Below are positions 1 to 8,439 of a stretch of 64,000 bases of DNA, one piece after another. A program made the translations under genes and the position numbers. The stretch comes from a virus (lineage: Duplodnaviria; Caudoviricetes). Numbering within the stretch: position 1 is the first letter of the stretch; every line of letters starts with the position of its first letter. Below the pieces are notes generated by a model. It ran no database searches. It saw only the letters and a list, made by a program, of their open reading frames with translations, and was not told where the DNA came from. The stretch spans positions 24,421 through 88,420 of the IMG/VR virus record IMGVR_UViG_3300021400_000091. One strand, given 5' to 3'.

Positions 1-1212
1 TGTTTCTTTTTTAGCAAGTCTTTCTTTTTTAGCAATCTCTAATCCTACAAGTATATTACTATTTCCATCTTCATCTACTCCATAGTTTCCATTTATTTCA
101 CCTTGAAGTCCCCAACAATAAGGTTTAAAAAATCCACATACTTCTTGTCTACAATCTTTATCCCATACATTTTCAAATGGCATAAAATGATATGCTCCAG
201 GATTATAAAAGTTTTGTTCAAAAACTTGCATATTACCACTAGTGGCAGTTCCCCAAGCCATCAATATACCAGTTGTATAAGCACCAGTTCGCATTGCAGG
301 TTCAGTAACTTCCATAAAAGCATCAAAATTATCCATAGTAGATAACTCCTCAACTTTAACAGCCACTGCATCTTTACCAATAGCGCAATCTGGATTATTC
401 ATTGCAGAAACAGATTGTAAAGAACTCCTCCAAGATTTATCAGCTTCTACACCACTAGGTAATTTATATCCTAATCTAAAATCGGTTTTAACTGTACTGA
501 ATATACCTCTTACAAAAGGTGTAGCTTCTTCATAAAATTTTAAGTCATTTACTGCAAAATCAGTAAGACCACCGGTATTTGTTAAATATTTTTTATCAGC
601 TGCAACATGGATAACTACTTTTCTTGATTGATTATTAACTCTATTAGCACTATCTGCAGCCATCATATAAGAAAAACCACCACGACGAGTTTTGTCAATA
701 ATAAGATGAAAACCATTATTTTCAGCAAATTCCATTACATGAAACATCCAAAACTGACTATCAAAAAACTTTGGAAAATCATAAAATTTCTTTGCTGTAT
801 TAGTTACACCTTTTTTAATTGTTCTAGTATCAAGCTGTTCTATTCTAGTATAATTCAAAAAATTATAGTGTGAACCAGTTATTCTAACATTAACTATTCT
901 TCCATCTTCTTTCAATAAACAAGGAGCTGAATATCCGTGAACTCGTCTATATTGTTCTCTTCTTCTAAATTGTCTATGTGGAATACTATCAACTTTGTAA
1001 TTAGTAAATTTACCATTTGCTCTATAATAATCTGCAACTTCATAAAGCAAATGTGTATTAACAAATCTATCTTTAGGATTTATGTTTAATAGAAATCCTC
1101 CACTATCACCTATTAAAAATAAATCATCATCGTCAACATATCCACAATCCTTTGCATGTTTATAATGAGATTTATCTTCATTAATATAATCAAGAAAAGG
1201 ATAACTTTCCAT
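1..1212 (-). CDS. terL: Terminase large subunit, N-terminal part (runs off window edge; absent from ORF track)
   Basis: Manual translation from ATG at 1212 (MESYPFLDYINEDK...) is open to position 1. It contains Walker A-like IIDKTRRGGFSY, Walker B-like VKVEE and coupling motif WGTA, typical of crAss-like TerL. Confidence 0.9.
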   Translation of the reverse strand, partial: MESYPFLDYINEDKSHYKHAKDCGYVDDDDLFLIGDSGGFLLNINPKDRFVNTHLLYEVADYYRANGKFTNYKVDSIPHRQFRRREQYRRVHGYSAPCLLKEDGRIVNVRITGSHYNFLNYTRIEQLDTRTIKKGVTNTAKKFYDFPKFFDSQFWMFHVMEFAENNGFHLIIDKTRRGGFSYMMAADSANRVNNQSRKVVIHVAADKKYLTNTGGLTDFAVNDLKFYEEATPFVRGIFSTVKTDFRLGYKLPSGVEADKSWRSSLQSVSAMNNPDCAIGKDAVAVKVEELSTMDNFDAFMEVTEPAMRTGAYTTGILMAWGTATSGNMQVFEQNFYNPGAYHFMPFENVWDKDCRQEVCGFFKPYCWGLQGEINGNYGVDEDGNSNILVGLEIAKKERLAKKET

Positions 1213-1215
1213 AAT

Positions 1216-1602
1216 TTATTTTATTATATTTAAAACAAGAGAAATAGTTAAAGCAATACCAAGAGCTATTGCTGTGTATTTCATAGTATTATATTTTTTA
1301 TTCAGAGTATTATGAAGACTTTCTTTACTTGCAAGCGCACTCTTTGTATCCTTAACTATTTTCTCTTGTTCTTTTATGTATTCAGCTTGATTATTAATAA
1401 TACTATCTTGTGCTTCAGTTATTTTTAACAAATACTTACGCTCAATAAGTTTTTTATTTATTTCACGAACTTCTGCTATTGTTACTGTTATAGTTGTATC
1501 AGCGTTTTGAGTACTCCCCGTGGGGAGAAGGTTCATTGACCAACTCTCTAAACAATATAATAGCACTGTCGTTAGTAATATAATCAATCTGTGCAACTTC
1601 AT
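1216..1602 (-). CDS. Membrane/secreted coiled-coil protein, putative spanin-like lysis component
   Basis: N-terminal hydrophobic signal, coiled coil and C-terminal TM helix. Overlaps the upstream gene by about 100 nt, downstream of the endolysin. Confidence 0.5.
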   Translation of the reverse strand: MKLHRLIILLTTVLLYCLESWSMNLLPTGSTQNADTTITVTIAEVREINKKLIERKYLLKITEAQDSIINNQAEYIKEQEKIVKDTKSALASKESLHNTLNKKYNTMKYTAIALGIALTISLVLNIIK

Positions 1603-1789
1603 TTGTCATAATGTCTTTATAAACAATTATAGAATTTTCATCATATAGTATTAATTCTCTCAATGAATCAAGTTTTAGTTCTACATCTCTATTACTAATA
1701 CTATTAGTTTTATATGTGTCACATATAACACCAACACAAAAACATATTGCAACACATATTATTATAGTAATTAATAATTTTTTATCCAT
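1499..1789 (-). CDS. N-terminal TM protein, putative i-spanin-like
   Basis: TM segment LLITIIICVAICFCVGVIC; lies directly after the endolysin and overlaps the next gene. Confidence 0.5.
   Translation of the reverse strand: MDKKLLITIIICVAICFCVGVICDTYKTNSISNRDVELKLDSLRELILYDENSIIVYKDIMTNEVAQIDYITNDSAIILFRELVNEPSPHGEYSKR
1517..1527 (+). repeat. CCCGTAGAGGG-family element, degenerate (CCCGTGGGGAG)
   Basis: 3 mismatches; lies in the overlap of two genes. Confidence 0.45.
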
Positions 1790-2234
1790 CTCTTAAATCT
1801 TTTAATCTTACAAACCAACTATAATTAAACTTACCAGTTTGTGGAACATTTAATGTTTTCTGTGCAAGTTTAATTGCCGCACTTACTCCCATATTAACTG
1901 CTGTTTCAAACAACTGATAAGCAATCTTTTCAGATCTCATTTCGTCTAAATGTAGAGCATCCCAATAATTCTTTTTATAAATTCTTTCTACTTCTTTAGT
2001 AACTATATCGTTATTTTCTAATAATTTGTTTATAGTTTTAACTTTACTCATATCAGAACTTGTATTACCTTTAATACTAGATTTAATCCTATCTATCTCT
2101 TTCCACATTATACTAGTTGAGTGAAATCTTCTTGCAATGCCTTTATAGGTTTCTCCTCCGGCATCGTCTTTGTCATTAGCATATCCACCCTCATAAGCTA
2201 ATACTTTCTTAAGTGCTGGTCTGAATGAAGCCAT
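1782..2234 (-). CDS. Endolysin, glycoside hydrolase family 108
   Basis: EGGYANDKDDAGGETYKGI motif and AVNMGV...LAQKTL segment characteristic of GH108 lysozymes. Confidence 0.9.
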   Translation of the reverse strand: MASFRPALKKVLAYEGGYANDKDDAGGETYKGIARRFHSTSIMWKEIDRIKSSIKGNTSSDMSKVKTINKLLENNDIVTKEVERIYKKNYWDALHLDEMRSEKIAYQLFETAVNMGVSAAIKLAQKTLNVPQTGKFNYSWFVRLKDLRDG

Positions 2235-2512
2235 TATACAATACTTTTTAAATATTTTTCAATAGCATCTACTATTTGAGGTGCTGGTACAGTACCAACA
2301 ATTTTTCTTGTATATTTCTTATCATCACTTTCAAATATTAATGTTGGTAAACTTCGTATCATATATTTATCAAGAAGTCCATCTTCATCATTTTCTGCAT
2401 CAACCTCAATAAGATTAACTATTGGATAATCTTTGACAACCTCTTTAACTATTGGTTCCATAGTTTTACAACCTGAACACCAATCTGCACTAAATTTATA
2501 TATGTTTAACAT
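2234..2512 (-). CDS. Thioredoxin
   Basis: FSADWCSGC active site and IRSLPTLI cis-Pro motif. Confidence 0.9.
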   Translation of the reverse strand: MLNIYKFSADWCSGCKTMEPIVKEVVKDYPIVNLIEVDAENDEDGLLDKYMIRSLPTLIFESDDKKYTRKIVGTVPAPQIVDAIEKYLKSIV

Positions 2513-2751
2513 ATTATTCTTGTTATGTCATTTAATATTAAAAATCTAATTGCAGTTCCTAGTATTGTGCCTAGTGTATCAGCAATTATATCATTCCAAT
2601 CAAATTTACCTCCCCAAGAATAATCTTTATATTCTATGGCTAATCCTGTAATCATAGATGGAACAAATCCACAAATTAGTGCTATAATAGCACAAGCACT
2701 AAGATGTTTATAATGATTACTATTTATAAACCATTTCCAAATTATATTCAT
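2506..2751 (-). CDS. Small membrane protein (VanZ/YfiM-like; holin candidate)
   Basis: Two to three hydrophobic segments with KH...E.KD...FDW.D..AD..G pattern; close to the endolysin. Confidence 0.5.
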   Translation of the reverse strand: MNIIWKWFINSNHYKHLSACAIIALICGFVPSMITGLAIEYKDYSWGGKFDWNDIIADTLGTILGTAIRFLILNDITRIIC

Positions 2752-2957
2752 TTCTGTAATCGTCTAAGTAATCCTTGTAAATGCAATGTATTATTATATG
2801 TATCTTCAGTTGTTTTAATTGTTATATCTGGGAGTATTCTTCTCTTTAATCTAAGTTCAAGCCAACTTGTTACAAAATAATTATCATAACTAGATTTATA
2901 ACAATGTGTAACTCTTACTAGTTTAAATCTTCCTTCTTCTTTAATTACTTCAGTCAT
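2748..2957 (-). CDS. Hypothetical protein
   Basis: ORF coupled to both neighbours by overlapping start/stop; ATG at 2957 preferred. Confidence 0.6.
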   Translation of the reverse strand: MTEVIKEEGRFKLVRVTHCYKSSYDNYFVTSWLELRLKRRILPDITIKTTEDTYNNTLHLQGLLRRLQK

Positions 2958-3355
2958 TCTTCTAATGCTCTTCGAATCCAACCTCTTAAATATTTAATGT
3001 TATTACCTTTTGCTGCGATAGCATTATATTGACTTATTTTATTAAGTTTATATTGAGCTTTAAATAACTCAACTCTTAAACTATCGTTTTTAATTTCTAT
3101 ATCATTTATTTTATTTTCATAGATTTTATCCTTTGCTTTAGAAGCATCTTCATAATAATCTATAATACTATCAATCATTGCTTCATATTTAATGCTATCA
3201 TCATATCTAATTGCAGCTATCACACTATCCATTCCCTCTACGGGCAGATTATAACAAGCTAATGCAGTTGTGTCAGCTATGACATCTTTATCTGCAATAG
3301 TCTTGTTACAACTAATTCCAAATAACAACAATGGTACTAATAATAACTTTTTCAT
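2954..3355 (-). CDS. Lipoprotein with coiled coil
   Basis: MKKLLLVPLLLFGISC lipobox-type signal from ATG at 3355. Confidence 0.7.
   Translation of the reverse strand: MKKLLLVPLLLFGISCNKTIADKDVIADTTALACYNLPVEGMDSVIAAIRYDDSIKYEAMIDSIIDYYEDASKAKDKIYENKINDIEIKNDSLRVELFKAQYKLNKISQYNAIAAKGNNIKYLRGWIRRALEE
3234..3244 (-). repeat. CCCGTAGAGGG element, exact
   Basis: In lipoprotein gene; reads LPVEG. Confidence 0.95.
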
Positions 3356-3356
3356 C

Positions 3357-4355
3357 TTAAAACAAATTAAATTCTTTATTAATTGTAGCATTAATAACTT
3401 TTCTTCTATCTTTAAGAAGATTTGCTATTTCTTGCTTTAAATATTTCATTTTATGCAATGTTACTTTTTCTACTGGATTATCTTTAATATGATATAAACC
3501 ATCAGGGAATCGTTTAGGCATTCCGTATTCATTAAGAATAAAATCACTATCTATATGACAAAGCCATAAACCAGCACAAGGAATACCCAATATACTTTCA
3601 ACCATCCAAGCATACATAGAAAGTTGAAGATTATAAATAGAACCATTACAATCTTGAAGATTGCTTACAGGTGGAAGAAGTCTAGAGTCTTTAGGACACC
3701 AAATATTTGTTTGTTGTGCTGGTTTTTGTTGTTTATCTTTTTTATAATATCCACTTTCAAATTTAAGTCCACCTCTATTAGTTTTCCAATCCCCAATTAC
3801 AAATTTATCTTCTTTAATACATAAAACATCAATAGTTCCAGAGATTAAATAGTCAATTAAAAATGCTCCTATTTCTGAATAAATCTTATATCCTTTAGAA
3901 GTATAAAAATCAAACACTTTATAAACATCGTCATATTTATAATTAGTATGACGCTTAAACTCTTCAATATCTAACTCTTTAACTCTATTATTAATATCAG
4001 GAAGATCTGCAACAGTAATCATTTTACCTTCACCTCTCTCTAAATATCTAATAGCATTCTTAAACATTGAAGAATCTTTAATACCATCTTCTAATCCATT
4101 ATGTGTTCTAGTACCTCTATCACAAGCTTCATTCTTAATAGAATCCCATTGGTTTGCTAACACTTTAGGACTAATTTTAAGTTCTTTTGCTTTCTTCCTT
4201 AACCAATAATCATATTCAAATGGTTGTTGATAATCGTGAAGAAAAGTAGTAGTACTTAAATATTCATTTCCTAAAGTATCAGTATATTTATGACCATCTT
4301 CTCTGAAAATAAGTTGGATGTCATTATATCTGGTATCTTTAAGTTGTAAACTCAT
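3357..4355 (-). CDS. PD-(D/E)XK family nuclease
   Basis: GTRTH...SE...SGTIDVL...IGDWKTN...YNLQLSMY motifs. Confidence 0.85.
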   Translation of the reverse strand: MSLQLKDTRYNDIQLIFREDGHKYTDTLGNEYLSTTTFLHDYQQPFEYDYWLRKKAKELKISPKVLANQWDSIKNEACDRGTRTHNGLEDGIKDSSMFKNAIRYLERGEGKMITVADLPDINNRVKELDIEEFKRHTNYKYDDVYKVFDFYTSKGYKIYSEIGAFLIDYLISGTIDVLCIKEDKFVIGDWKTNRGGLKFESGYYKKDKQQKPAQQTNIWCPKDSRLLPPVSNLQDCNGSIYNLQLSMYAWMVESILGIPCAGLWLCHIDSDFILNEYGMPKRFPDGLYHIKDNPVEKVTLHKMKYLKQEIANLLKDRRKVINATINKEFNLF

Positions 4356-4969
4356 AGTATTTCTTCGTCTGCGTCCATTGAACTTAATATTTGTTTACCA
4401 CCTCTAGCAAGTTGTTCTTCTTCTTCTGCTCTAAGATTTTCATAAGCAACATTAATAGATTTCATAAGATTTGGCAATTCCTTAACATTACTTGAAACAT
4501 TATTAAGCATTGCTAAATATAATTGAATATCCTCTTTAGATACAGCATCTTGCAATTTATCATTTAAAAATTGGTTAATCTTATTTGCGGCAAGAGTAAC
4601 AAGATGAACAGACTTACGTAAGGCATCTAAAGCCATACCTGCTTCAGTTATATTTTGAACATAATATTTATCTATAAGTTTCTTAACTAAAGCATCAGGC
4701 TGATAATCTTTATCTAAATCAAAATTATCTATACATAATTTGAGTATTTCTTTATCACTAAGACCTTGTTGATGAGCTGGACTTTTTGGGTCACCAAAAT
4801 AATATATAACTCCACATTCTTTTAGATAATGTCTTTTATCTTTAGACTTATCTCGAAGATATAGTAGAGCTAAATCTTTATCTAATAGTTGTTTAATATC
4901 TGGAGGACAAGGCATTCCAGTATTATCAACTGTTAGCATTCTATCTATATTAAGATGATTTGTTGCCAT
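4352..4969 (-). CDS. Conserved crAss-like helical protein, function unknown
   Basis: 205-aa ORF in operon between the HU/IHF-like gene and the nuclease. Confidence 0.65.
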   Translation of the reverse strand: MATNHLNIDRMLTVDNTGMPCPPDIKQLLDKDLALLYLRDKSKDKRHYLKECGVIYYFGDPKSPAHQQGLSDKEILKLCIDNFDLDKDYQPDALVKKLIDKYYVQNITEAGMALDALRKSVHLVTLAANKINQFLNDKLQDAVSKEDIQLYLAMLNNVSSNVKELPNLMKSINVAYENLRAEEEEQLARGGKQILSSMDADEEIL

Positions 4970-5477
4970 ATAAATATTGTAAATGTCTTTCTAATTCTAT
5001 ATCAAACTCAACAGGTTTAGCTTCTAATAGAAATCTAAACCAAAGACTAGCATATAAAATCCCAAGTTTAAGTGCATAATGCTCATATTGTTTTTTAAAT
5101 CTACTTCTATATCTTTTAACCTTTAATTTATCAAAGTTTTTATTCCTTTCTTCTTCTTTCCATTTATCAATACTACCACCTACATATTCTTTATATTCTT
5201 CTTTAGTCATACTCTTTCTAGCTTGTTTAAAATCTTTATAATGTTCGGCTATTCTTTTTCTTATTGGATTATATCGGTAATTACCTATTCTCGGAATTTT
5301 AATAGTTAGTCCTCGTTTAATTCCTTCAACAGCATCTTTTTCAAGATTTTCAATAATAGATTTGGCTAATAATTTTTCATTTTCATCTTTAAATGCTTCC
5401 GAAATAATATCGTCAGTATTTTTAGTTATTATTGAAAAATCACTAGCCAAATCATCATTATAGTCAACTATTGCCAT
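4950..5477 (-). CDS. HU/IHF-like DNA-binding protein
   Basis: Helical N-terminus followed by IKRGLTIKIPRIGNYRY, resembling the HU/IHF beta-arm; basic. IHF-like genes are known in crAss-like phages. Confidence 0.6.
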   Translation of the reverse strand: MAIVDYNDDLASDFSIITKNTDDIISEAFKDENEKLLAKSIIENLEKDAVEGIKRGLTIKIPRIGNYRYNPIRKRIAEHYKDFKQARKSMTKEEYKEYVGGSIDKWKEEERNKNFDKLKVKRYRSRFKKQYEHYALKLGILYASLWFRFLLEAKPVEFDIELERHLQYLYGNKSS

Positions 5478-5514
5478 CGTTACAGTAATTGCTGTAATTG
5501 CTTTTTATAATTTC

Positions 5515-5525
5515 CCCGTAGAGGG
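5515..5525 (+). repeat. CCCGTAGAGGG element, exact
   Basis: Intergenic, upstream of the HU/IHF-like gene. Confidence 0.95.
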
Positions 5526-5546
5526 AATGATTGCAGCAAGATAGCT

Positions 5547-6080
5547 TTACTTATCTTCTTCTTTTACTAAAAATGGGTCATTACCCATCTTTCTAGTAGC
5601 AGTAATGCAACCATGAATAGCATTTACTGGAACAATCTTGAACTCAATAATATAAACATTTTCATTCTTGAATTTAGTTCCAGCAAAAATATCTCTACGA
5701 AGAGACTCGTCTGAATCTAAGTATTCTCTAACATTATTGTCAGTAATCATAGTATTAAGATACAAATGGTCACCTCTTTCAAGATCACTGACTGCTATAA
5801 CTACTCGCTTACCTGCTTCAGCATTAATTTCCTTTGCAGCTTCATCACCAATCTTTGCTAGCACCGGAGTAACACTGACTCTAATATTAGCTTTCTTGTT
5901 ACCACTAGTTGCTAAAAGAAATTGAGCAAGATTAACTTGCTTACAAAGTGCTATAACTGCATAATACTTAGGAAGATTAATATGAGCAGTAATTTCAGCT
6001 AAAACTTCTTTAGTAATCTCATCTACAGATGTAGGAAGATTAATTCCGTAACTTAATTTGTCACTTTTTAATGTAATCAT
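5547..6080 (-). CDS. Hypothetical protein
   Basis: 177-aa ORF with phage-like codon usage, within the operon. Confidence 0.7.
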   Translation of the reverse strand: MITLKSDKLSYGINLPTSVDEITKEVLAEITAHINLPKYYAVIALCKQVNLAQFLLATSGNKKANIRVSVTPVLAKIGDEAAKEINAEAGKRVVIAVSDLERGDHLYLNTMITDNNVREYLDSDESLRRDIFAGTKFKNENVYIIEFKIVPVNAIHGCITATRKMGNDPFLVKEEDK

Positions 6081-6104
6081 ACTGTTAATTATTTGAATTA
6101 TTAA

Positions 6105-6542
6105 TTATCTATTGTCAGTAAGTCTAATGACAATAAATTTTGGTTCAGTGTTGAATTTATCTGAGAAATTATAATTTATATTAATTTTAATATAATCTAC
6201 TCCACAACTGCTAACTACTCGTTTTTCTATAAGACCTTTAATAGCTTTATAATAAGCTCGCATTGTTTTACCATAATGTTCTATTGCTTTATCTATAACG
6301 TGAGTAATAAGACTTTGATTTCTTCCAGTTTCTTTTATAAGAGTAAGAAGAACTTTATAAACTTCAGTTTCACTATCATTTAGTTTAAGTAGTCTAGCAA
6401 TAATATCAGCAGTAAGAGTAAGAGTATCACTATCTTCATTGAGAATAGCAAGATTAATAATATCATTACTATCTGCATAAGTAGAAGTTTCTTTATCTAG
6501 ATAAATTCCACCAGGAATAGCATCGTCAACTTTAATAAGCAT
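6105..6542 (-). CDS. Winged-helix DNA-binding protein (RepL-like candidate)
   Basis: LNDSETEVYKVLL...GKTMRAYYKAIKGLIEKRVV...YIKININY wHTH pattern; next to the palindromic non-coding region. Confidence 0.55.
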   Translation of the reverse strand: MLIKVDDAIPGGIYLDKETSTYADSNDIINLAILNEDSDTLTLTADIIARLLKLNDSETEVYKVLLTLIKETGRNQSLITHVIDKAIEHYGKTMRAYYKAIKGLIEKRVVSSCGVDYIKININYNFSDKFNTEPKFIVIRLTDNR

Positions 6543-6576
6543 ATTACTATAATTAACTTGATTAATACTTTCGGTA

Positions 6577-6584
6577 CAAAGATA
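6577..6584 (-). promoter_or_regulatory. Bacteroidota sigma-A -7 element (TATCTTTG) for the leftward operon
   Basis: Matches TAnnTTTG, 35 nt upstream of the ATG at 6542. Confidence 0.6.
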
Positions 6585-6650
6585 ATGAACTATTTGTTCA
6601 ATACCAAGAAAAATTATGTTAAAAATTGTAAAAGATACTTCCCTTATATA

Positions 6651-6704
6651 AGGTATTCTTTTATATAATAATATATAAATATATTATTATATAAAAGAAT
6701 ACCT
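6651..6704. repeat. Perfect 26-bp inverted repeat (AT-rich cruciform candidate)
   Basis: AGGTATTCTTTTATATAATAATATAT-AA-ATATATTATTATATAAAAGAATACCT. Confidence 0.9.
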
Positions 6705-6770
6705 AATTATATTTATATATACTTATATATAAATATAATTATATATTTATATATAAGTATATATAAATAT
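6705..6770. repeat. Two overlapping perfect inverted repeats (29-bp arms 6709-6737/6742-6770; 17-bp arms within 6705-6740)
   Basis: Read directly and checked base by base. Confidence 0.85.
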
Positions 6771-7298
6771 TAATATTAATATAGTTACAGTAACTAATAC
6801 TAATAAAGACACGACCACTTTTTTGAGTGATATTGAAGCAAGAGAGCTTACAAGTAAAGCTGGTAATAATAGCAGTATTATTGTTCTAGGTACTTAAATG
6901 AAAGTACCCCGTGGTCTTGTTATAGTTTTTGATAATAATTTTAGCAATACTGAAGTAATTGAAGTTATTAATAGAGATTAAGTTGGAGAAAAGGATTTTG
7001 GAAAAAGAGATTTAAAGGTTTTTGAATAGTGCGAAGATTGTTGAGTTGGAGTTGTAATTTATTGTGTTATTTAAGAAAAAGATTAAGTGAGTCTTTAAAG
7101 TAATGATTTAAGTGAGAGTTTTAATGAAGATTAAGTGAAAGTAGGGTTTAGTGAAATTTAGTCGGAGATTGTGAGAGGGGAGGTGCCACTATGAATCCCC
7201 CGTATAGTAATATCGAATGTCAATACCCCCATACTTAAATACATATTAAATATTATTTTGTTGAAATTATTGTTATTATAGTATTGATAAATATATTG

Positions 7299-7306
7299 TA
7301 TCTTTG
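7299..7306 (+). promoter_or_regulatory. Bacteroidota -7 element TATCTTTG
   Basis: TAnnTTTG match at the start of the plus-strand block. Confidence 0.5.
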
Positions 7307-7315
7307 TGGATATTG

Positions 7316-7351
7316 TACCTCAAAAGGAGATATAACAAATAAAATTTTGAG
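7316..7351 (+). promoter_or_regulatory. 36-bp early-region element, copy 1
   Basis: TACCTCAAAAGGAGATATAACAAATAAAATTTTGAG; 29/36 positions identical in all three copies. Confidence 0.7.
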
Positions 7352-7542
7352 TGATATAGCACATCACTCAATGGAGTTGAGCTTGCTCCTCCACCAAGTC
7401 TCGCAAGTAACGGCGAGCCAGGCTATCTAGGATAGTGCTGCTTGTGCTACACTTAACCCCGAAGAAGTGTATAAATAAACTGAGGGAGTTACTGGTACAG
7501 CTAAAGCCCAAGGTTGGGTGGAAGTCGAGGCCATTTAATGTC

Positions 7543-8277
7543 ATGAAGAAGAATCTGAATGACCAAGTTACAATGATTGTTGCCAACATCAAGGGCATCA
7601 CAGTGTGGAATCGGGAGTTGCCATCTCCCTACACAGAGGGGAAGGTTGTCCTCCGAAAGGAGGTGCAACTGCATCTCGACGAGGTGTTGGAGGCAAACAC
7701 AGAGAGTGGAGAGATGTCATCTCTCGGCGTGTTGTGGGTCGACCTGAAAAAGGTCATCCGCAACTTGCCATGCGGGGATATCTACTTCTCGCTGCTCCCT
7801 AAATGGGAGCCGGACATCCTCGACCAGGAGGTGAAGGATGAGGAGAAGGCAAAGCCCGATGATGCTTTTGCCAACCACATCTATCCTCTGTTCAAGGGAG
7901 CCAAAGTGGTACTGCTCCAGTCCAAGAAGATGGTAGAAGCCACCGATGAGAATGGGGCTACTGCTGAGGTTGCTCAGTACATTCGTGGTCTAGCTACGAG
8001 TAAGAGAGCTGAGCAGATGGGGGTTGCTCAGCAGCTCGAGAAGGAGCTGGCTACACTAAAGATGAGTGTGGTGGAGCTGGCACCGATCTTTAAAGTGAAA
8101 GGTGCTATTGAGAAACTCCTCCAGCTTCGTCTCGAAAAGCAGATGCGCGACAAGGAGGAGGCTGAGAAATTGGGCATTGAGTTCACTCCTAAGCCCTACT
8201 ACGAGGAGAAGCTTCAGCTTCTGTACAAGAAGGAGGAGGAGTTGACAGCCGACGAGATGCTCGACGGCATCCTCTAA
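7543..8277 (+). CDS. Hypothetical protein, first early gene, unusually GC-rich
   Basis: ATG at 7543 (MKKNLNDQV...); codons rich in GAG/AAG/CTC; followed by a terminator. Confidence 0.8.
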   Translation: MKKNLNDQVTMIVANIKGITVWNRELPSPYTEGKVVLRKEVQLHLDEVLEANTESGEMSSLGVLWVDLKKVIRNLPCGDIYFSLLPKWEPDILDQEVKDEEKAKPDDAFANHIYPLFKGAKVVLLQSKKMVEATDENGATAEVAQYIRGLATSKRAEQMGVAQQLEKELATLKMSVVELAPIFKVKGAIEKLLQLRLEKQMRDKEEAEKLGIEFTPKPYYEEKLQLLYKKEEELTADEMLDGIL

Positions 8278-8290
8278 TCGTTGTTAGTAT

Positions 8291-8328
8291 GACTCCAGTG
8301 TTGAGTGGTGGCAACACTGGAGTCTTTC
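8291..8328 (+). terminator. Intrinsic terminator-like hairpin
   Basis: GACTCCAGTGTTG/CAACACTGGAGTC 13-bp stem followed by TTT. Confidence 0.65.
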
Positions 8329-8388
8329 CTAGTAAATCTATTAATAGTAGTGGCGTACTTAGGTATGCTACTGCTATTAATAGATATA

Positions 8389-8424
8389 TACCTCAAAATC
8401 AGAGAAAACATATAAGATTTTGAG
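8389..8424 (+). promoter_or_regulatory. 36-bp early-region element, copy 2
   Basis: TACCTCAAAATCAGAGAAAACATATAAGATTTTGAG, 15 nt before ATG 8440. Confidence 0.7.
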
Positions 8425-8439
8425 TTGTTAAAGTAAATC

